Assembly (NCBI GenBank): GCA_963662405.2 | Contig: CAXXKT010000001.1 | Location: 736,001 to 800,000, forward strand | Length of the DNA: 64,000 bases | Direction of reading: 5' to 3' | From: Syntrophales bacterium | GTDB taxonomy: Bacteria; Desulfobacterota; Syntrophia; Syntrophales; UBA2210 | Part shown: piece after piece, positions 1-10,481 of the stretch | How positions within the stretch are numbered: position 1 is the stretch's first letter | Layout of the letters: every line of letters starts with the position of its first letter | Notes under the pieces: model-generated | Database searches by the model: none | The model's input: the letters and a program-made list of their open reading frames with translations, nothing else | What the model was told of the DNA's origin: nothing | Program-made: the position numbers and the translations under genes

Positions 1-1695
1 GAGGGCAAGGAATGCGTCGCATTTGTCTGGGGGAACAGCGAGGCTCATTCGTTCCTGCGCCTCGGATATCAGGATCTCCCACGGCTGGAGCCCCATGTAC
101 TTCAAGGGGGCCTTCTTCAGATCGATCTCGCACCCCCCGCAGAGGGTAGCCATCTCGCCGACCGACGATGAGAGTCCGCCGGCACCGTTGTCCGTAATCG
201 CCCGGTAGAGGTCCCTGTCACGCGCGATGAGGAGAAAATCGGTCATCTTTTTCTGGGTGATGGGATCGCCGATCTGCACCGCAGTAGCCGGTGAACCCTC
301 GTGCAACTCCTCCGACGAGAAGGTCGCCCCGTGGATCCCGTCCTTCCCGATCCGTCCCCCCGTCATGACGATTACATCTCCCGGAACGATCTTTTTGGCG
401 TGGGTGGTTTCCCCCTGGATGCGGGCGGGCATGATACCCCCCGTTCCGCAATAAACGAGTGGTTTCCCAAGGTACCGTTCGTCGAAGACCAGACTCCCGT
501 TGACGGTCGGGATGCCGCTCTTGTTTCCCCCGTGCTCCACTCCTTCCCTTACGCCGTCGTAAATCCGCCGCGGGTGAAGGATCCGCGGTGGGAGAGGAGC
601 ATTATGGAAGGGAGAAGCAAAACAGAAGACATCGGTATTGAAGATGAGTTTCGCGCCCTTTCCCGTCCCGAAGGGATCGCGGTTGACACCGACAATCCCG
701 GTCAAGGCACCGCCGTAGGGATCAAGTGCCGAGGGTGAATTATGGGTCTCTACCTTGAAAACAAGGTTATAGTCATCGTTGAAGCGGATGATCCCGGCAT
801 TGTCCACGAAGACTGACAGGCACCAATCGTTTTCCCCCATGTCCTCCCGGATTTCCTTGGTCGCCCTCTTGATGCAGCTCGAAAAGAGGGAGTCGATGGT
901 GGTCAACTCGCCCCGCTCGTCCTCGTAAGCAATCAGACTGTTAAAAATCTTGTGCTTACAGTGCTCCGACCAGGTCTGTGCGAGACACTCGAGTTCGGCA
1001 TCGGTGACCCTCACCCCCAGACCGACCGCTTCACGGCCGCGCAGAACGCCCTCGTCACAGAGGTGTGCCCGGATCACCTTCATCTCGTCGATGGTCAAGG
1101 CGAGAACGCGGGCGTTGCTGATTCTTTGCAGCTCCTCGTCGTTTATGTCGAGGTCGATCTCCTCAACCACCGGATCGTCGTCGATGACGACGCGCGGGAT
1201 ATAGGGAACGATTCCGTGGACCGGGTCCCACTCGTCCACGGCGATGATCGCGGACCGCTGGATGAGATCGTTGGCCAGAAGCCCCGATGCGATCCGCTCG
1301 GCATCAACTCTCCTGATACTGCCCTTGATGACATACTGTCGCGATGTATATACCTGCACAGCTCCCGGTCGGTCGAGGAGAAGTCCGATCGCATCGCGCG
1401 CTGTCTTCCCGACATTATCCGTGACACCGGGACGGAATCCCACCTCGATCAGCCAGTCGAATCCGGCCGCGAGAGACCGGTCAATCGCGTATTCCTGAAT
1501 AATGGGATCGGAGAGAGGGCCGCTCGCCGCCGCTGTCAACTCTTCCGGGGCCAAATCCCCCTCAATGGTGTATACCTCGACGGTGGTCACATCGGCGACA
1601 TCGATCCCGAGGTGTTCGACGATCTTGCCCCGTGTCTTCTCCCCCAGGACATCTCTGACACCTCGTCTGAATCCGACTTCTATCCTATGAATCAT
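1..1695 (-). CDS. purL: Phosphoribosylformylglycinamidine synthase PurL; 3' end runs off the window start
   Basis: Manual translation from ATG 1695 gives MIHRIEVGF...AQTWSEHCKHKIFN...KVETHNSPSALDPYGGALTGIVGVNRD...ITDNGAGGLSSSVGEM...EILISEAQERM. Not in the ORF track because there is no stop in the window. Confidence 0.95.
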   Translation of the reverse strand, partial: MIHRIEVGFRRGVRDVLGEKTRGKIVEHLGIDVADVTTVEVYTIEGDLAPEELTAAASGPLSDPIIQEYAIDRSLAAGFDWLIEVGFRPGVTDNVGKTARDAIGLLLDRPGAVQVYTSRQYVIKGSIRRVDAERIASGLLANDLIQRSAIIAVDEWDPVHGIVPYIPRVVIDDDPVVEEIDLDINDEELQRISNARVLALTIDEMKVIRAHLCDEGVLRGREAVGLGVRVTDAELECLAQTWSEHCKHKIFNSLIAYEDERGELTTIDSLFSSCIKRATKEIREDMGENDWCLSVFVDNAGIIRFNDDYNLVFKVETHNSPSALDPYGGALTGIVGVNRDPFGTGKGAKLIFNTDVFCFASPFHNAPLPPRILHPRRIYDGVREGVEHGGNKSGIPTVNGSLVFDERYLGKPLVYCGTGGIMPARIQGETTHAKKIVPGDVIVMTGGRIGKDGIHGATFSSEELHEGSPATAVQIGDPITQKKMTDFLLIARDRDLYRAITDNGAGGLSSSVGEMATLCGGCEIDLKKAPLKYMGLQPWEILISEAQERMSLAVPPDKCDAFLAL

Positions 1696-1725
1696 TTCTT
1701 TTTCTCTTATATCTTTCGCACATCT

Positions 1726-3075
1726 CTAGGTCAGCTTTCGCTTTACCACCCCGGCGATCGTATTGCAGCAGGTCACCGTTTCCTCGTCCGTCGGCCCTTC
1801 CACCATGACCCGGCACATGTTCTGGGTGCCCGAGTAACGAACGAGGACCCTTCCCCGGTCTCCAAGTTTCCGCTCTACCTCTTGAATGACCTTCTGCAGT
1901 TCGGGGATCGTGGACAGATCCGGTTTCGAGGAAACATCGATATTAACCAGTTTTTGAGGAAATACATCCATGATGCCGGCAAGCTCTGAGAGGGGTTTCT
2001 CTTCTTGCCTCATCGCCGCCAGGACCTGCAGGGCGGAGAGGACCCCGTCACCGGTCGTGTGGTGATTGAGAAAGATAAGATGTCCTGAATCCTCGCCACC
2101 GATCGAAGCCCCGTGTTTCTTCATCATCTCGAGGACGTACCGGTCTCCCACCGGGGCCGTCGCCCTCTCTATGCCCAGTTGTTTCAGGGCGATCCCGAGG
2201 CCGAGATTGCTCATTACCGTATCGATCACCAGATTATTGGACAGTGTCCCTTCCTGCCTCATCATCCGGGCACATATCGCGAGAATCCGGTCTCCCGTGA
2301 GGACTTGCCCCTTCTCGTCGATGGCGATCACCCGGTCACCGTCCCCGTCGAAGGCGAATCCGACATCCGCCCCCCGTGCCACAACCTCTGCGGCCAGCAC
2401 CTCTGGATGCTGGGAGCCGCATTCTTCATTGATGTTCTCCCCGTCGGGATCTGCGAAGAGGGTATGAACCTCGGCCCCTAACTCGAAGAAGGGTTTCGGC
2501 GCGATCCGGTAGGTGGCGCCGTTCGACGCGTCCAGGACAACCCGCATCCCCTCAAGAGAATATTGCTTTGGGAATGAACTCTTCAGAAAGACGATGTACC
2601 GCCCACGCGCTCCCTCCAGGTTGTACGCCTTTCCCAGTTTGTTCGGCGAGGGATGGAGGGCCTTCATGTTGTTCGCAAGGACCATTTCCTCGATTTCCGA
2701 TTCCTTCTCGTCGGGGAGTTTGTACCCGTCACCGGAAAAGATCTTGATCCCGTTGTCCTGAAAGGGATTATGTGAGGCGGATATGACGATTCCCGCGTCG
2801 GCCCGCATGTTGCTGGTGAGAAAGGCGACTCCGGGGGTCGGCATGGGGCCGACCATATAGGCGTCCACCCCCATGGAACAGATCCCGGAGACGAGCGCGT
2901 GTTCGAGCATATACCCCGAGATGCGGGTGTCTTTCCCGATGATGATCCGCGGCTGGTGTCCATGACGTTTGAAGAGATGGGCCGTCGCCATACCGATCCG
3001 CAGGGCCATCTCCGCCGTCATGGGGTATTCATTTGCCACACCCCGTATCCCGTCTGTCCCGAACAGTTTTCCCAT
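1726..3075 (-). CDS. glmM: Phosphoglucosamine mutase
   Basis: MGKLFGTDGIRG start, ISASHNP phosphoserine motif, FDGDGDR metal loop, GGEDSGH. Confidence 0.95.
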   Translation of the reverse strand: MGKLFGTDGIRGVANEYPMTAEMALRIGMATAHLFKRHGHQPRIIIGKDTRISGYMLEHALVSGICSMGVDAYMVGPMPTPGVAFLTSNMRADAGIVISASHNPFQDNGIKIFSGDGYKLPDEKESEIEEMVLANNMKALHPSPNKLGKAYNLEGARGRYIVFLKSSFPKQYSLEGMRVVLDASNGATYRIAPKPFFELGAEVHTLFADPDGENINEECGSQHPEVLAAEVVARGADVGFAFDGDGDRVIAIDEKGQVLTGDRILAICARMMRQEGTLSNNLVIDTVMSNLGLGIALKQLGIERATAPVGDRYVLEMMKKHGASIGGEDSGHLIFLNHHTTGDGVLSALQVLAAMRQEEKPLSELAGIMDVFPQKLVNIDVSSKPDLSTIPELQKVIQEVERKLGDRGRVLVRYSGTQNMCRVMVEGPTDEETVTCCNTIAGVVKRKLT

Positions 3076-3187
3076 ATTCCGGTGCACTCTCGTACCAATT
3101 TGAACCAGCCCGTATATATCATTTTAAAAGGATTTACAATATATAAAAGGCGAATCCTCCCAGTCTCACACTGTTGTTACGCCCGTG

Positions 3188-4378
3188 TTATCCCCCATCG
3201 TGCACCAGGTCAATTATCGTAACCTCCGGGGGTGCCATGAGACGCATGGGCGGTCCCCATGTTCCTGATCCTCTGCTGACATACAGTTGCGATCCGTTTC
3301 CAAGGCGATGCAGCCCACTGTTGTAGGGGAAAACCAGCCGGGTGAGGAGAGTGAACGGGAAAAGCTGCCCCTGGTGGGTATGCCCGGAGAGCTGCAGATC
3401 GAACGACGATATCGGCACCACCGGCTGATGTTTGAGGAAGAGGATAAAGCGATTATCGGACAGCCCGGCCAAGAGCTCCGACTCCGGGAGCCCCGTATGG
3501 CTCCGATAGATCTTTCCGGCGGAGTCGTCGACCCCCGCTACCGTCAGAAACTCTGCTACGTCTCTTTGCTCTCCCCGCAGGGGCGTAAACCCTGCGTTTT
3601 TCGTAAAGGTGAGTGCCTGGTCAAGCCCTGCATAAAATTCATGATTTCCCGTCACGGCATACTTTCCGTAGGCGGGCTCTATTTCCCGGAGGAGAACCGC
3701 CAGTCCGGACAGGTTGTTCGTCTCCCCGTCCACCAGATCTCCCGTTGATACCAGCATGTCGGGGGTTGCCGTCCTGACCTTTTCGAGGATACGTTCCAGT
3801 CGCTTCTCCCGGACAATCAGTCCGAGGTGCAGGTCGGAGATCTGAACGATCCTGAAGCGTTCGATATCCGTGGGAATCTTCGCCGTTCGTATGGTGATTG
3901 TTTCGGTCCTGATCTGCAGGGCCTCGAACGAGGCGTACAGCGACAAGGCGAACGAAATGGATAACACACAGAAGAACCGGTGCGGCGCCGAGGGGAGTAA
4001 AGCGGAGAGATCAGAGGAAGAGAGATATGCGCCCAGGTAAATCAGGAGACGGTAGCAATCGAAGACGAGGGAGAGGCAGAAGAAGAGAAAGGCGAAGCCC
4101 ATCCACAGATACCCCGTCCAGGCAAAGAGATATGCAACGATTCGGAGACCGCTCTGATCGGCCACATGGACGATGACGGGCGCGAAGACCATGACCGCCA
4201 TGAATAGCGCGAGGAGCAAGCCGCTCCTCACCCCGAGGGCGAGCGACGTCCGCGCCCCCAGAAAAAGATAGAGGTGAACCCCTCCGTAGATGAGGAAAAA
4301 AACGAGGAGAAAGATACCCTTCACCGCCTTTTCGTTGTCAATCATACCGCCTGCTCTGTCATGTTTCACCGTTCTCAT
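3188..4378 (-). CDS. Membrane-anchored calcineurin-like metallophosphoesterase (YkuE-like); start uncertain
   Basis: N-terminal TM helices; SDLHLG, TGDLVD, GNHE, GHTHQGQ, YVSRGSGTWGPPMR motifs. Confidence 0.88.
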   Translation of the reverse strand: MRTVKHDRAGGMIDNEKAVKGIFLLVFFLIYGGVHLYLFLGARTSLALGVRSGLLLALFMAVMVFAPVIVHVADQSGLRIVAYLFAWTGYLWMGFAFLFFCLSLVFDCYRLLIYLGAYLSSSDLSALLPSAPHRFFCVLSISFALSLYASFEALQIRTETITIRTAKIPTDIERFRIVQISDLHLGLIVREKRLERILEKVRTATPDMLVSTGDLVDGETNNLSGLAVLLREIEPAYGKYAVTGNHEFYAGLDQALTFTKNAGFTPLRGEQRDVAEFLTVAGVDDSAGKIYRSHTGLPESELLAGLSDNRFILFLKHQPVVPISSFDLQLSGHTHQGQLFPFTLLTRLVFPYNSGLHRLGNGSQLYVSRGSGTWGPPMRLMAPPEVTIIDLVHDGG

Positions 4379-4599
4379 ACATACAGGAACATCCCCCTTC
4401 TCTATACCTGATTTGGCCCAGGATGTCTCGGGGTTTGACAGTTTTTTTGCGCAGGGGACAAATCCCCGTACGGATGAGCTGCGCGCCTCCTTTCGAGGGG
4501 AAATGTGGTGGGACGCGGTATCTTAAAGAAGGTTCGCCTTGTGCTTTATAAAGGCATGCCCCGTTCCATGGGCGGGATAATCCATACCCACGGCACATC

Positions 4600-4667
4600 G
4601 CCCGGGGAGGCCGGGGAGAGGGAGGGAGAGCTTATTTTCCGAACCATCTCCCTGGTTCCCCCCGGGC
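4600..4667. repeat. GC-rich imperfect inverted repeat downstream of glnK
   Basis: GCCCGGGG-AG-GCCGGGGAGA ... TCTCCCTGGT-TC-CCCCGGGC; no U-tract on the minus strand. Confidence 0.45.
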
Positions 4668-4688
4668 ATGCGTCTTTGCCTGTTCGGA

Positions 4689-5030
4689 TCAGTTGATCGC
4701 CGGACTGCCGTGCTCGCCGGAGCCGACCCTCACCACATCATGAAGATCGAGGACAAATATCTTCCCGTCTCCGATCTGTCCCGTCTGTGCGGCCTTCGTG
4801 ATGGCATTGAGCGCCCGGTCGACAAAATCTTCGTTCACCGCGATCTCGAACTTGACCTTTTTGAGGAGCCCGCCGCTCTCCCGGGCGCCCCGGTAGACCT
4901 GTGTGCGCCCCTTTTGCCTCCCCTGTCCGAGGACATGGGATACGGTCATGAGGTGTATCTTCTCCTCCTCCAGGGCCTTCTTGACCTCTTCCATCTTATG
5001 GGGCTGTACAATCGCTATAATGTACTTCAT
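4689..5030 (-). CDS. glnK: P-II nitrogen regulatory protein
   Basis: GQGRQKG...YRG T-loop, TGQIGDGKIFV; directly downstream of amtB. Confidence 0.92.
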   Translation of the reverse strand: MKYIIAIVQPHKMEEVKKALEEEKIHLMTVSHVLGQGRQKGRTQVYRGARESGGLLKKVKFEIAVNEDFVDRALNAITKAAQTGQIGDGKIFVLDLHDVVRVGSGEHGSPAIN

Positions 5031-5041
5031 GGTTATTCCTC

Positions 5042-6271
5042 CTATTCCAGCACGGTGTAGGCCGATTCGTTGTGTTGTGTCAGGTCGAGCCCGATCAGTT
5101 CGCTCTGTTTATCAACCCGCATCCCGACCAGGACATCGACGATCTTGTACAGAATCCCCGTGACGATCAGGGCATAGGCGATACAGACCAGCATATAGAA
5201 TATCTGGATAACGAACAGTTTCGCGTTTCCGAAGAAGAGCCCGTCCGCCCCACCCGGGTTGATCGCCACTGCGGCGAAGAGACCGGTCGCGAGCGTCCCC
5301 CAGATACCGCCGATACCGTGAACACCAAAGACATCGAGTGAGTCATCATACCCCAGGAGGGGTTTGAGCCGGGCCACGGCGAGATAGCAGATGATCCCGG
5401 CAACCAGGCCGATCGGTATCGCCGAAAGGGCGCTGACGAATCCGCAGGCCGGGGTGATGGCGACCAGTCCCGCGACGACCCCGCTGACGATCCCGAGGAC
5501 CGTGGGCGCACCATCCATCTTCCATTCCATAAAGGCCCACGCCATCCCGGCCGCCGCAGCCGCCGTGTTCGTGGTGACAAAGGCGTTCGCTGCAAGGCCT
5601 CCCGCCTCGAGGGCGCTTCCGGCGTTGAACCCGAACCAGCCGAGCCACAGGAGGGCACCCCCCAGAAAGGTGATCGGGAGGTTGTGCGGGGCGAATGACT
5701 GTTTCTCGTACCCCACCCGCTTCCCGATCAGGACGGCGAGGAGGAGCGCCGAAACGCCCGAACTGACATGAACGACGATACCGCCCGCGAAATCGAGGGC
5801 GCCGATCTTCCCCAGCCACCCGCCGGATCCCCAGACCCAGTGCGCTATCGGATCATAGACAAACGTGGACCACAGCAGCGTGAAGAGGACGAGGGCGGAG
5901 AACTTCACCCGCTCGGCAAAGGCGCCCACCATGAGCGCCGGGGTGATAATGGCAAACATCGCCTGGAATATCATGAAGAGCAGATGCGGGATCGTTTCCG
6001 CATAGACCGAACTCGGCTCCTGTCCGACCCCGCTGAGACCGAACCACTCCAGGCTCCCGATAATACCCCCCACATCAGGCCCGAACGACAACGAGTACCC
6101 GAAGAGGACCCACTGCAGACTCACCAGACAGATGATGGCGAAACATTGCGTCAGGATGGAAAGGATGTTTTTCCTCCTCGCCATCCCTCCGTAGAAAAAG
6201 GCCACTCCCGGTGTCATGATAAAGACCAGGGCGGCACATACCAGTATCCAAGCGGTATCTCCCGTGTTCAT
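5042..6271 (-). CDS. amtB: Ammonium transporter
   Basis: FFYGG, FQAMFAIIT, DFAGGIVVH, WFGFNAGS, DDSLDVFGVHG; GGAGG RBS before ATG 6271. Confidence 0.96.
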   Translation of the reverse strand: MNTGDTAWILVCAALVFIMTPGVAFFYGGMARRKNILSILTQCFAIICLVSLQWVLFGYSLSFGPDVGGIIGSLEWFGLSGVGQEPSSVYAETIPHLLFMIFQAMFAIITPALMVGAFAERVKFSALVLFTLLWSTFVYDPIAHWVWGSGGWLGKIGALDFAGGIVVHVSSGVSALLLAVLIGKRVGYEKQSFAPHNLPITFLGGALLWLGWFGFNAGSALEAGGLAANAFVTTNTAAAAAGMAWAFMEWKMDGAPTVLGIVSGVVAGLVAITPACGFVSALSAIPIGLVAGIICYLAVARLKPLLGYDDSLDVFGVHGIGGIWGTLATGLFAAVAINPGGADGLFFGNAKLFVIQIFYMLVCIAYALIVTGILYKIVDVLVGMRVDKQSELIGLDLTQHNESAYTVLE

Positions 6272-6314
6272 ATTTTCCACCTCCAAAAGTTTTAATTATT
6301 ACATTTTAGAGGTT

Positions 6315-6330
6315 AGCAATTACGGTGCCA
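6315..6330 (-). promoter_or_regulatory. Sigma-54 (-24/-12) promoter of amtB-glnK
   Basis: Minus strand TGGCAC-CGTAA-TTGCT matches TGGCAC-N5-TTGCW, about 45 nt upstream of the amtB start. Confidence 0.85.
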
Positions 6331-6520
6331 GCTGGCCGATTGTCTTTAATGCCCTACTATCGTTACATTTAAATAAAGAATGGGAAGCATGGCTATCGCA
6401 CGGTATTGTGTTAGCTGATCAGGTTTACTACATTGAGGTAGTATTTTAGGTGTTGATTTGCGGGATAGAATAGTTTTTTAAAGTCTGATATTATCGGAGA
6501 AAGTAGTTTTTCCGGGGTGA

Positions 6521-9500
6521 ATGTTCAACCGATACGAGGAACTGTCAGCAATGGATCGACCTGTTTCGAACATGATGTTTGACCGAGAGGACCATGAACT
6601 CTTGGTCATCGTCAACGAGGTCCTCGGCCGTGACAAGGCGCGGACTTACCTCAAGAGCCTCCTGAATCCCTACCTGCACCCGCATGGGATCAAGGAGATG
6701 GCGGCATCGAAGGAACTGCGCGTCGCCTACGCCGTCATTCATCTTCTCAATTCGCTCGATATCGGCAAGGCGGCGGATCGGCTCGGGGCGCTGCGCTCAC
6801 TTCGGGATGAGGTGCTCTACAGCGCCCAATCCTTTCTCCGCAGGAACACGGCGCGGGTTCTCTTGCAGATCATGAAAAAACTGGTCCAGGCAGAGGGTGA
6901 TTACCACCGGCAACTGGAACTGGCCCACGATTTCCGTATGACGGCCTCGGGAAAACCGCGCATCGTCCGGGAACAATTGAAACGGTATCATCTCATTGAG
7001 ATGCCGGAGGCATGGAACCAGATAGCAACGGATGATCACGTCCACGACATCAACACCAAGGGGCGCAAATCCCCCACCCACCTGATCATGGATGCCTGGA
7101 TCAAGGGGATCCGCCGGCTCAAGGTCGTCTACTACAATCATGTCCCGCCCCCGGTCGCCGGTGAACTCTTGAAAGCGGCCGAGATTATGGGGATCAGGGT
7201 CAGGATCGGCGTTGAATTCTCCGCACGGTTTTACGGCCGGTATGTCCAGTTCATATGGGCGCCACGCGGCCTCATCAATGCACAGGATTTCCTGAATTTT
7301 CTGAAGGATGAAGAGGTCGAATCCTTCATGGCGGAGGGTCGGAACATCTCCGCATACCAGCAGCGATATGTCATGGCGATCTTGCGGGAATTCAACGAAC
7401 GGCACCGATATACCATCGAAGAGACCTACGGATTTCTCCCTCCTCTTCTCAACCAGCGAAGGTTTTTCTCCTTTGTGGGGGCCGGTCAGGCTTCTCTTCT
7501 ACACCTGGCCGAATTTGCGTACACCACGATGCTTCCGGCCATGCGGGAACACGTTGCCGACCTGCGGAAAAGGTATCCCGGGGCCGAGCCCGAGGAGCGT
7601 GAACGCATGGCAACCGTGGTGGAGGCGCTCAACCAGTTGGATTCCGAGGCGATCGTGGAGCAGTATCTCCGCCCGGCATGCAATCCCTCTATCCCGGACC
7701 CCCACGTCCCGTCTGACGGAGATGACGTTCCGGATCTCTTGCAGTTATCACCACGTCAGCTCCTCGATCGGCTGGGACGCCTCAATGCCGGCTACAGCAT
7801 TACACTCTCCCTCAGCAATCTGCATGTCGCGGATGTGATAGAACTCCTGTATGATTGCCAAGGGCTGATCACGCATCTGGAGGCGTTCAATCTCAAGGAT
7901 TTTGTAACCGGCGTGTCTCATGATCCGGCGATTAACGATCTCCAGAGGGCCATCAACGAAGACAATATTATTGTGCTGAAACGCATTATTCATAATGCCA
8001 TCAGAGACATGAACGTAAGAGAACCCGCTCGGGCCGGCACGCTGACAAATATCCTCCACGATATATCCGCCTTTCGATCATACTATCGGGGCGCGCTCCT
8101 CAAGAGTCGTGTGGGGAGTGATTCCAGCGGTCGGTCGCACCACCTGTACGGGATGGGGCTCGTGATCCGTGACACCCTTCCCCGCCGGGCGCAAGGGGAG
8201 ATTATAAAGGAATCCCCTGCCTCACGTCTGACACTCCCCCTGCACACCAGTGTCTATCTGCGTGTGAACCATTTTCCCCGGCGCAGTGTCGGAAAAACAG
8301 CAGACACCGTCTACCGCCTGATATCACGGATCCCCGGCATGAGCCTGTTCGGAAAACGGCGGGTGGAGGAGTGGGAGATAGAACGGTATTCCACCACCCG
8401 TATCGATATTTCAGGAAATGTGGTCGCACTGGGGGGGATGGAGGACAAAGGGACCAACAACCTGTCTCTGGAGCCCCCTGCCGAACGGGAGCCCCGGACG
8501 ACCCTGTCGTGGCGATACCTCAACAGTACGCTCAAAAACTGGATCAAAGTGTTGACAGGCCTTGTCCCGGCCTTCCTCACCTTTTACCTGACCAAGGAGT
8601 GGTGGCTCCTCGCCTGGCTTGGGGGATTTATCTGGTTCGGGATAACCGGCGCGCGCAATATCCTCCAGTCCGTTCTGGGGAGCGGCGGCATCAGACGGTC
8701 CCCTCTCTTAAAGTGGAACGACTATGTCAGATGGGATCGCCTGACCGATTCCCTTCTTTTTACAGGGTTTTCCGTTCCTCTCCTCGATTACATCGTCAAG
8801 GCCCTGCTCCTCGACCGGCTGTTCGGGATCACGACGGCGACCAGTCCCGTTCTCCTGTACACGGTGATGGCCCTGGCGAACGGCTTGTATCTCTTCGGAC
8901 ACAATATCTTCCGCGGGCTGCAGAAGGGCGCTGCCTTCGCAAATCTCTTCAGGACGATCCTCTCCATCCCGATCGCCGTTCTCTTCAATCTGGCGGTGGG
9001 GGGCATGCTCACAGCAGGGGGGTATACGAATGTCGACGCCATCCTCCAGAAATGGGCGGCGATTATCTCCAAGGGCGCATCAGACTGTGTCGCCGGCCTC
9101 ATCGAGGGGATCGCCGACCGGCACGACAACATTCGTACCCGTATGTGGGATTATCGCAGCAAGATCAATCAGTTGTTCGATACGTATACCGATCTGGAAC
9201 TGCTCTTCCCCGAATCCGACATCTGCGCGATGCTGGAGTCTCCGAAACACTTTTTCCGCGCCGTGAAGGATAAGACGCAAAATATCGGGAAAGTGGTCAT
9301 CATCAACGCACTGGATCTCCTGTACTTCTGGATGTACCAGCCCCGTGCCCGGAGCGCGCTCCGGACGGTTATCCGGAGGATGACCGCGGAAGAGCGCCGC
9401 GTCTTTGTCCGCTCGCAGTCGGTCCTCGCCATGGACCGGGGGATCAGCCAGCTCTTTGTCGACGGGCTGGTGGGGAAGAACTTTTCGCGGGCGCTCTCTT

Positions 9501-9565
9501 TCTATCTGGATCGTTCGGGAGAATACCTGAAGGTCCTTGCACGAATGGAAGAGGGGGGGAAATGA
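6521..9565 (+). CDS. Large hypothetical protein with degenerate PHP-like motifs and a C-terminal multi-pass membrane region
   Basis: 1014-aa ORF; DDHVHD, GIRVRIGVEFS and GSDSSG resemble PHP motifs; hydrophobic segments at about aa 675-860; stop overlaps the next ATG. Confidence 0.75.
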   Translation: MFNRYEELSAMDRPVSNMMFDREDHELLVIVNEVLGRDKARTYLKSLLNPYLHPHGIKEMAASKELRVAYAVIHLLNSLDIGKAADRLGALRSLRDEVLYSAQSFLRRNTARVLLQIMKKLVQAEGDYHRQLELAHDFRMTASGKPRIVREQLKRYHLIEMPEAWNQIATDDHVHDINTKGRKSPTHLIMDAWIKGIRRLKVVYYNHVPPPVAGELLKAAEIMGIRVRIGVEFSARFYGRYVQFIWAPRGLINAQDFLNFLKDEEVESFMAEGRNISAYQQRYVMAILREFNERHRYTIEETYGFLPPLLNQRRFFSFVGAGQASLLHLAEFAYTTMLPAMREHVADLRKRYPGAEPEERERMATVVEALNQLDSEAIVEQYLRPACNPSIPDPHVPSDGDDVPDLLQLSPRQLLDRLGRLNAGYSITLSLSNLHVADVIELLYDCQGLITHLEAFNLKDFVTGVSHDPAINDLQRAINEDNIIVLKRIIHNAIRDMNVREPARAGTLTNILHDISAFRSYYRGALLKSRVGSDSSGRSHHLYGMGLVIRDTLPRRAQGEIIKESPASRLTLPLHTSVYLRVNHFPRRSVGKTADTVYRLISRIPGMSLFGKRRVEEWEIERYSTTRIDISGNVVALGGMEDKGTNNLSLEPPAEREPRTTLSWRYLNSTLKNWIKVLTGLVPAFLTFYLTKEWWLLAWLGGFIWFGITGARNILQSVLGSGGIRRSPLLKWNDYVRWDRLTDSLLFTGFSVPLLDYIVKALLLDRLFGITTATSPVLLYTVMALANGLYLFGHNIFRGLQKGAAFANLFRTILSIPIAVLFNLAVGGMLTAGGYTNVDAILQKWAAIISKGASDCVAGLIEGIADRHDNIRTRMWDYRSKINQLFDTYTDLELLFPESDICAMLESPKHFFRAVKDKTQNIGKVVIINALDLLYFWMYQPRARSALRTVIRRMTAEERRVFVRSQSVLAMDRGISQLFVDGLVGKNFSRALSFYLDRSGEYLKVLARMEEGGK

Positions 9566-10368
9566 CTAAAATTATAGCCCATCGGGGAGCGCGCAGCCTT
9601 GCCCCCGAAAACACCATGGCGGCGGCCCGTGCGGCTCGTGAGACAGGCGCCGATCTCTGGGAAACGGACGTTACGGTGACCGGGGACGGCAAGTTGATCC
9701 TCATGCACGACGACACCCTGGAGCGGACCACCGATGCACGCTCCCGATTCCCGGACCGCGAACCATGGTCCTGCGTCGCTTTTACCTTTGATGAGATTCG
9801 TTTCCTAGACGCGGGTTCCTGGTTTATTGAGACCGATCCCTTCGGCGGGATCGCGGCCGGCGTGGTGGATCCGAGCAAACTTTCAGCATTTCGCGGTGAG
9901 CGGGTCCCCACGGTACGGGAGGCCCTTCGCTTCACCGGTGACACCTCCTTTCCCGTCAATCTTGAATTGAAACACCTCCCGCCGGCCTGCGAGGGGTTCC
10001 CTCTCGTCGAACGGGTCCTGGCCATGATCGATGAACTTGGGGTAAACCACGGGCTCGTCCTCATCTCTTCCTTTCACCATGACTGGCTGCGCGAGATTCG
10101 GCAGGAAACACCATCGATTGCGGTGCAGGCCCTGATCGGTGAGTATCAGTACAAACAGATCGATTGGGACGGTCCCCTGGAGTTTGAAACATATAACATC
10201 GAGAATACCTTGATCAACGAAAAGCAGATACGCGCTTTGACCAAGCGGGGGATATCGCTGAATATCTTTACCGTCAATGATGGCGACGAGATGTTCCGAT
10301 TCGCGGGGTCGGGGGCAAGCGGTCTCTTCACGGACTTTCCGCAGCGGGCGGTGAGACTGTTTCGGTAA
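9562..10368 (+). CDS. Glycerophosphodiester phosphodiesterase (GlpQ/UgpQ family)
   Basis: IIAHRGARSLAPENT, ETDV, LILMHDDTLERTT, NLELK, GLFTDFP. Confidence 0.93.
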   Translation: MTKIIAHRGARSLAPENTMAAARAARETGADLWETDVTVTGDGKLILMHDDTLERTTDARSRFPDREPWSCVAFTFDEIRFLDAGSWFIETDPFGGIAAGVVDPSKLSAFRGERVPTVREALRFTGDTSFPVNLELKHLPPACEGFPLVERVLAMIDELGVNHGLVLISSFHHDWLREIRQETPSIAVQALIGEYQYKQIDWDGPLEFETYNIENTLINEKQIRALTKRGISLNIFTVNDGDEMFRFAGSGASGLFTDFPQRAVRLFR

Positions 10369-10481
10369 CTGACGGCGTGTGACGCCCCGGTGTGGATCGA
10401 GCACTTCGCCCTTGCACCGATTTCGGTATTTTAGTACAAAACAGTGTAGCGTCCACCTGGTGCAGTGATTGGAGGCCCTTC

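Noticed and set aside
952..1989. 345-aa plus-strand ORF and similar long antisense ORFs (38161-39246, 40552-41625, 61645-62802)
   Set aside because: Shadow frames opposite well-supported genes (purL/glmM, msrAB, cyclase, CoA-transferase), with no motifs of their own.
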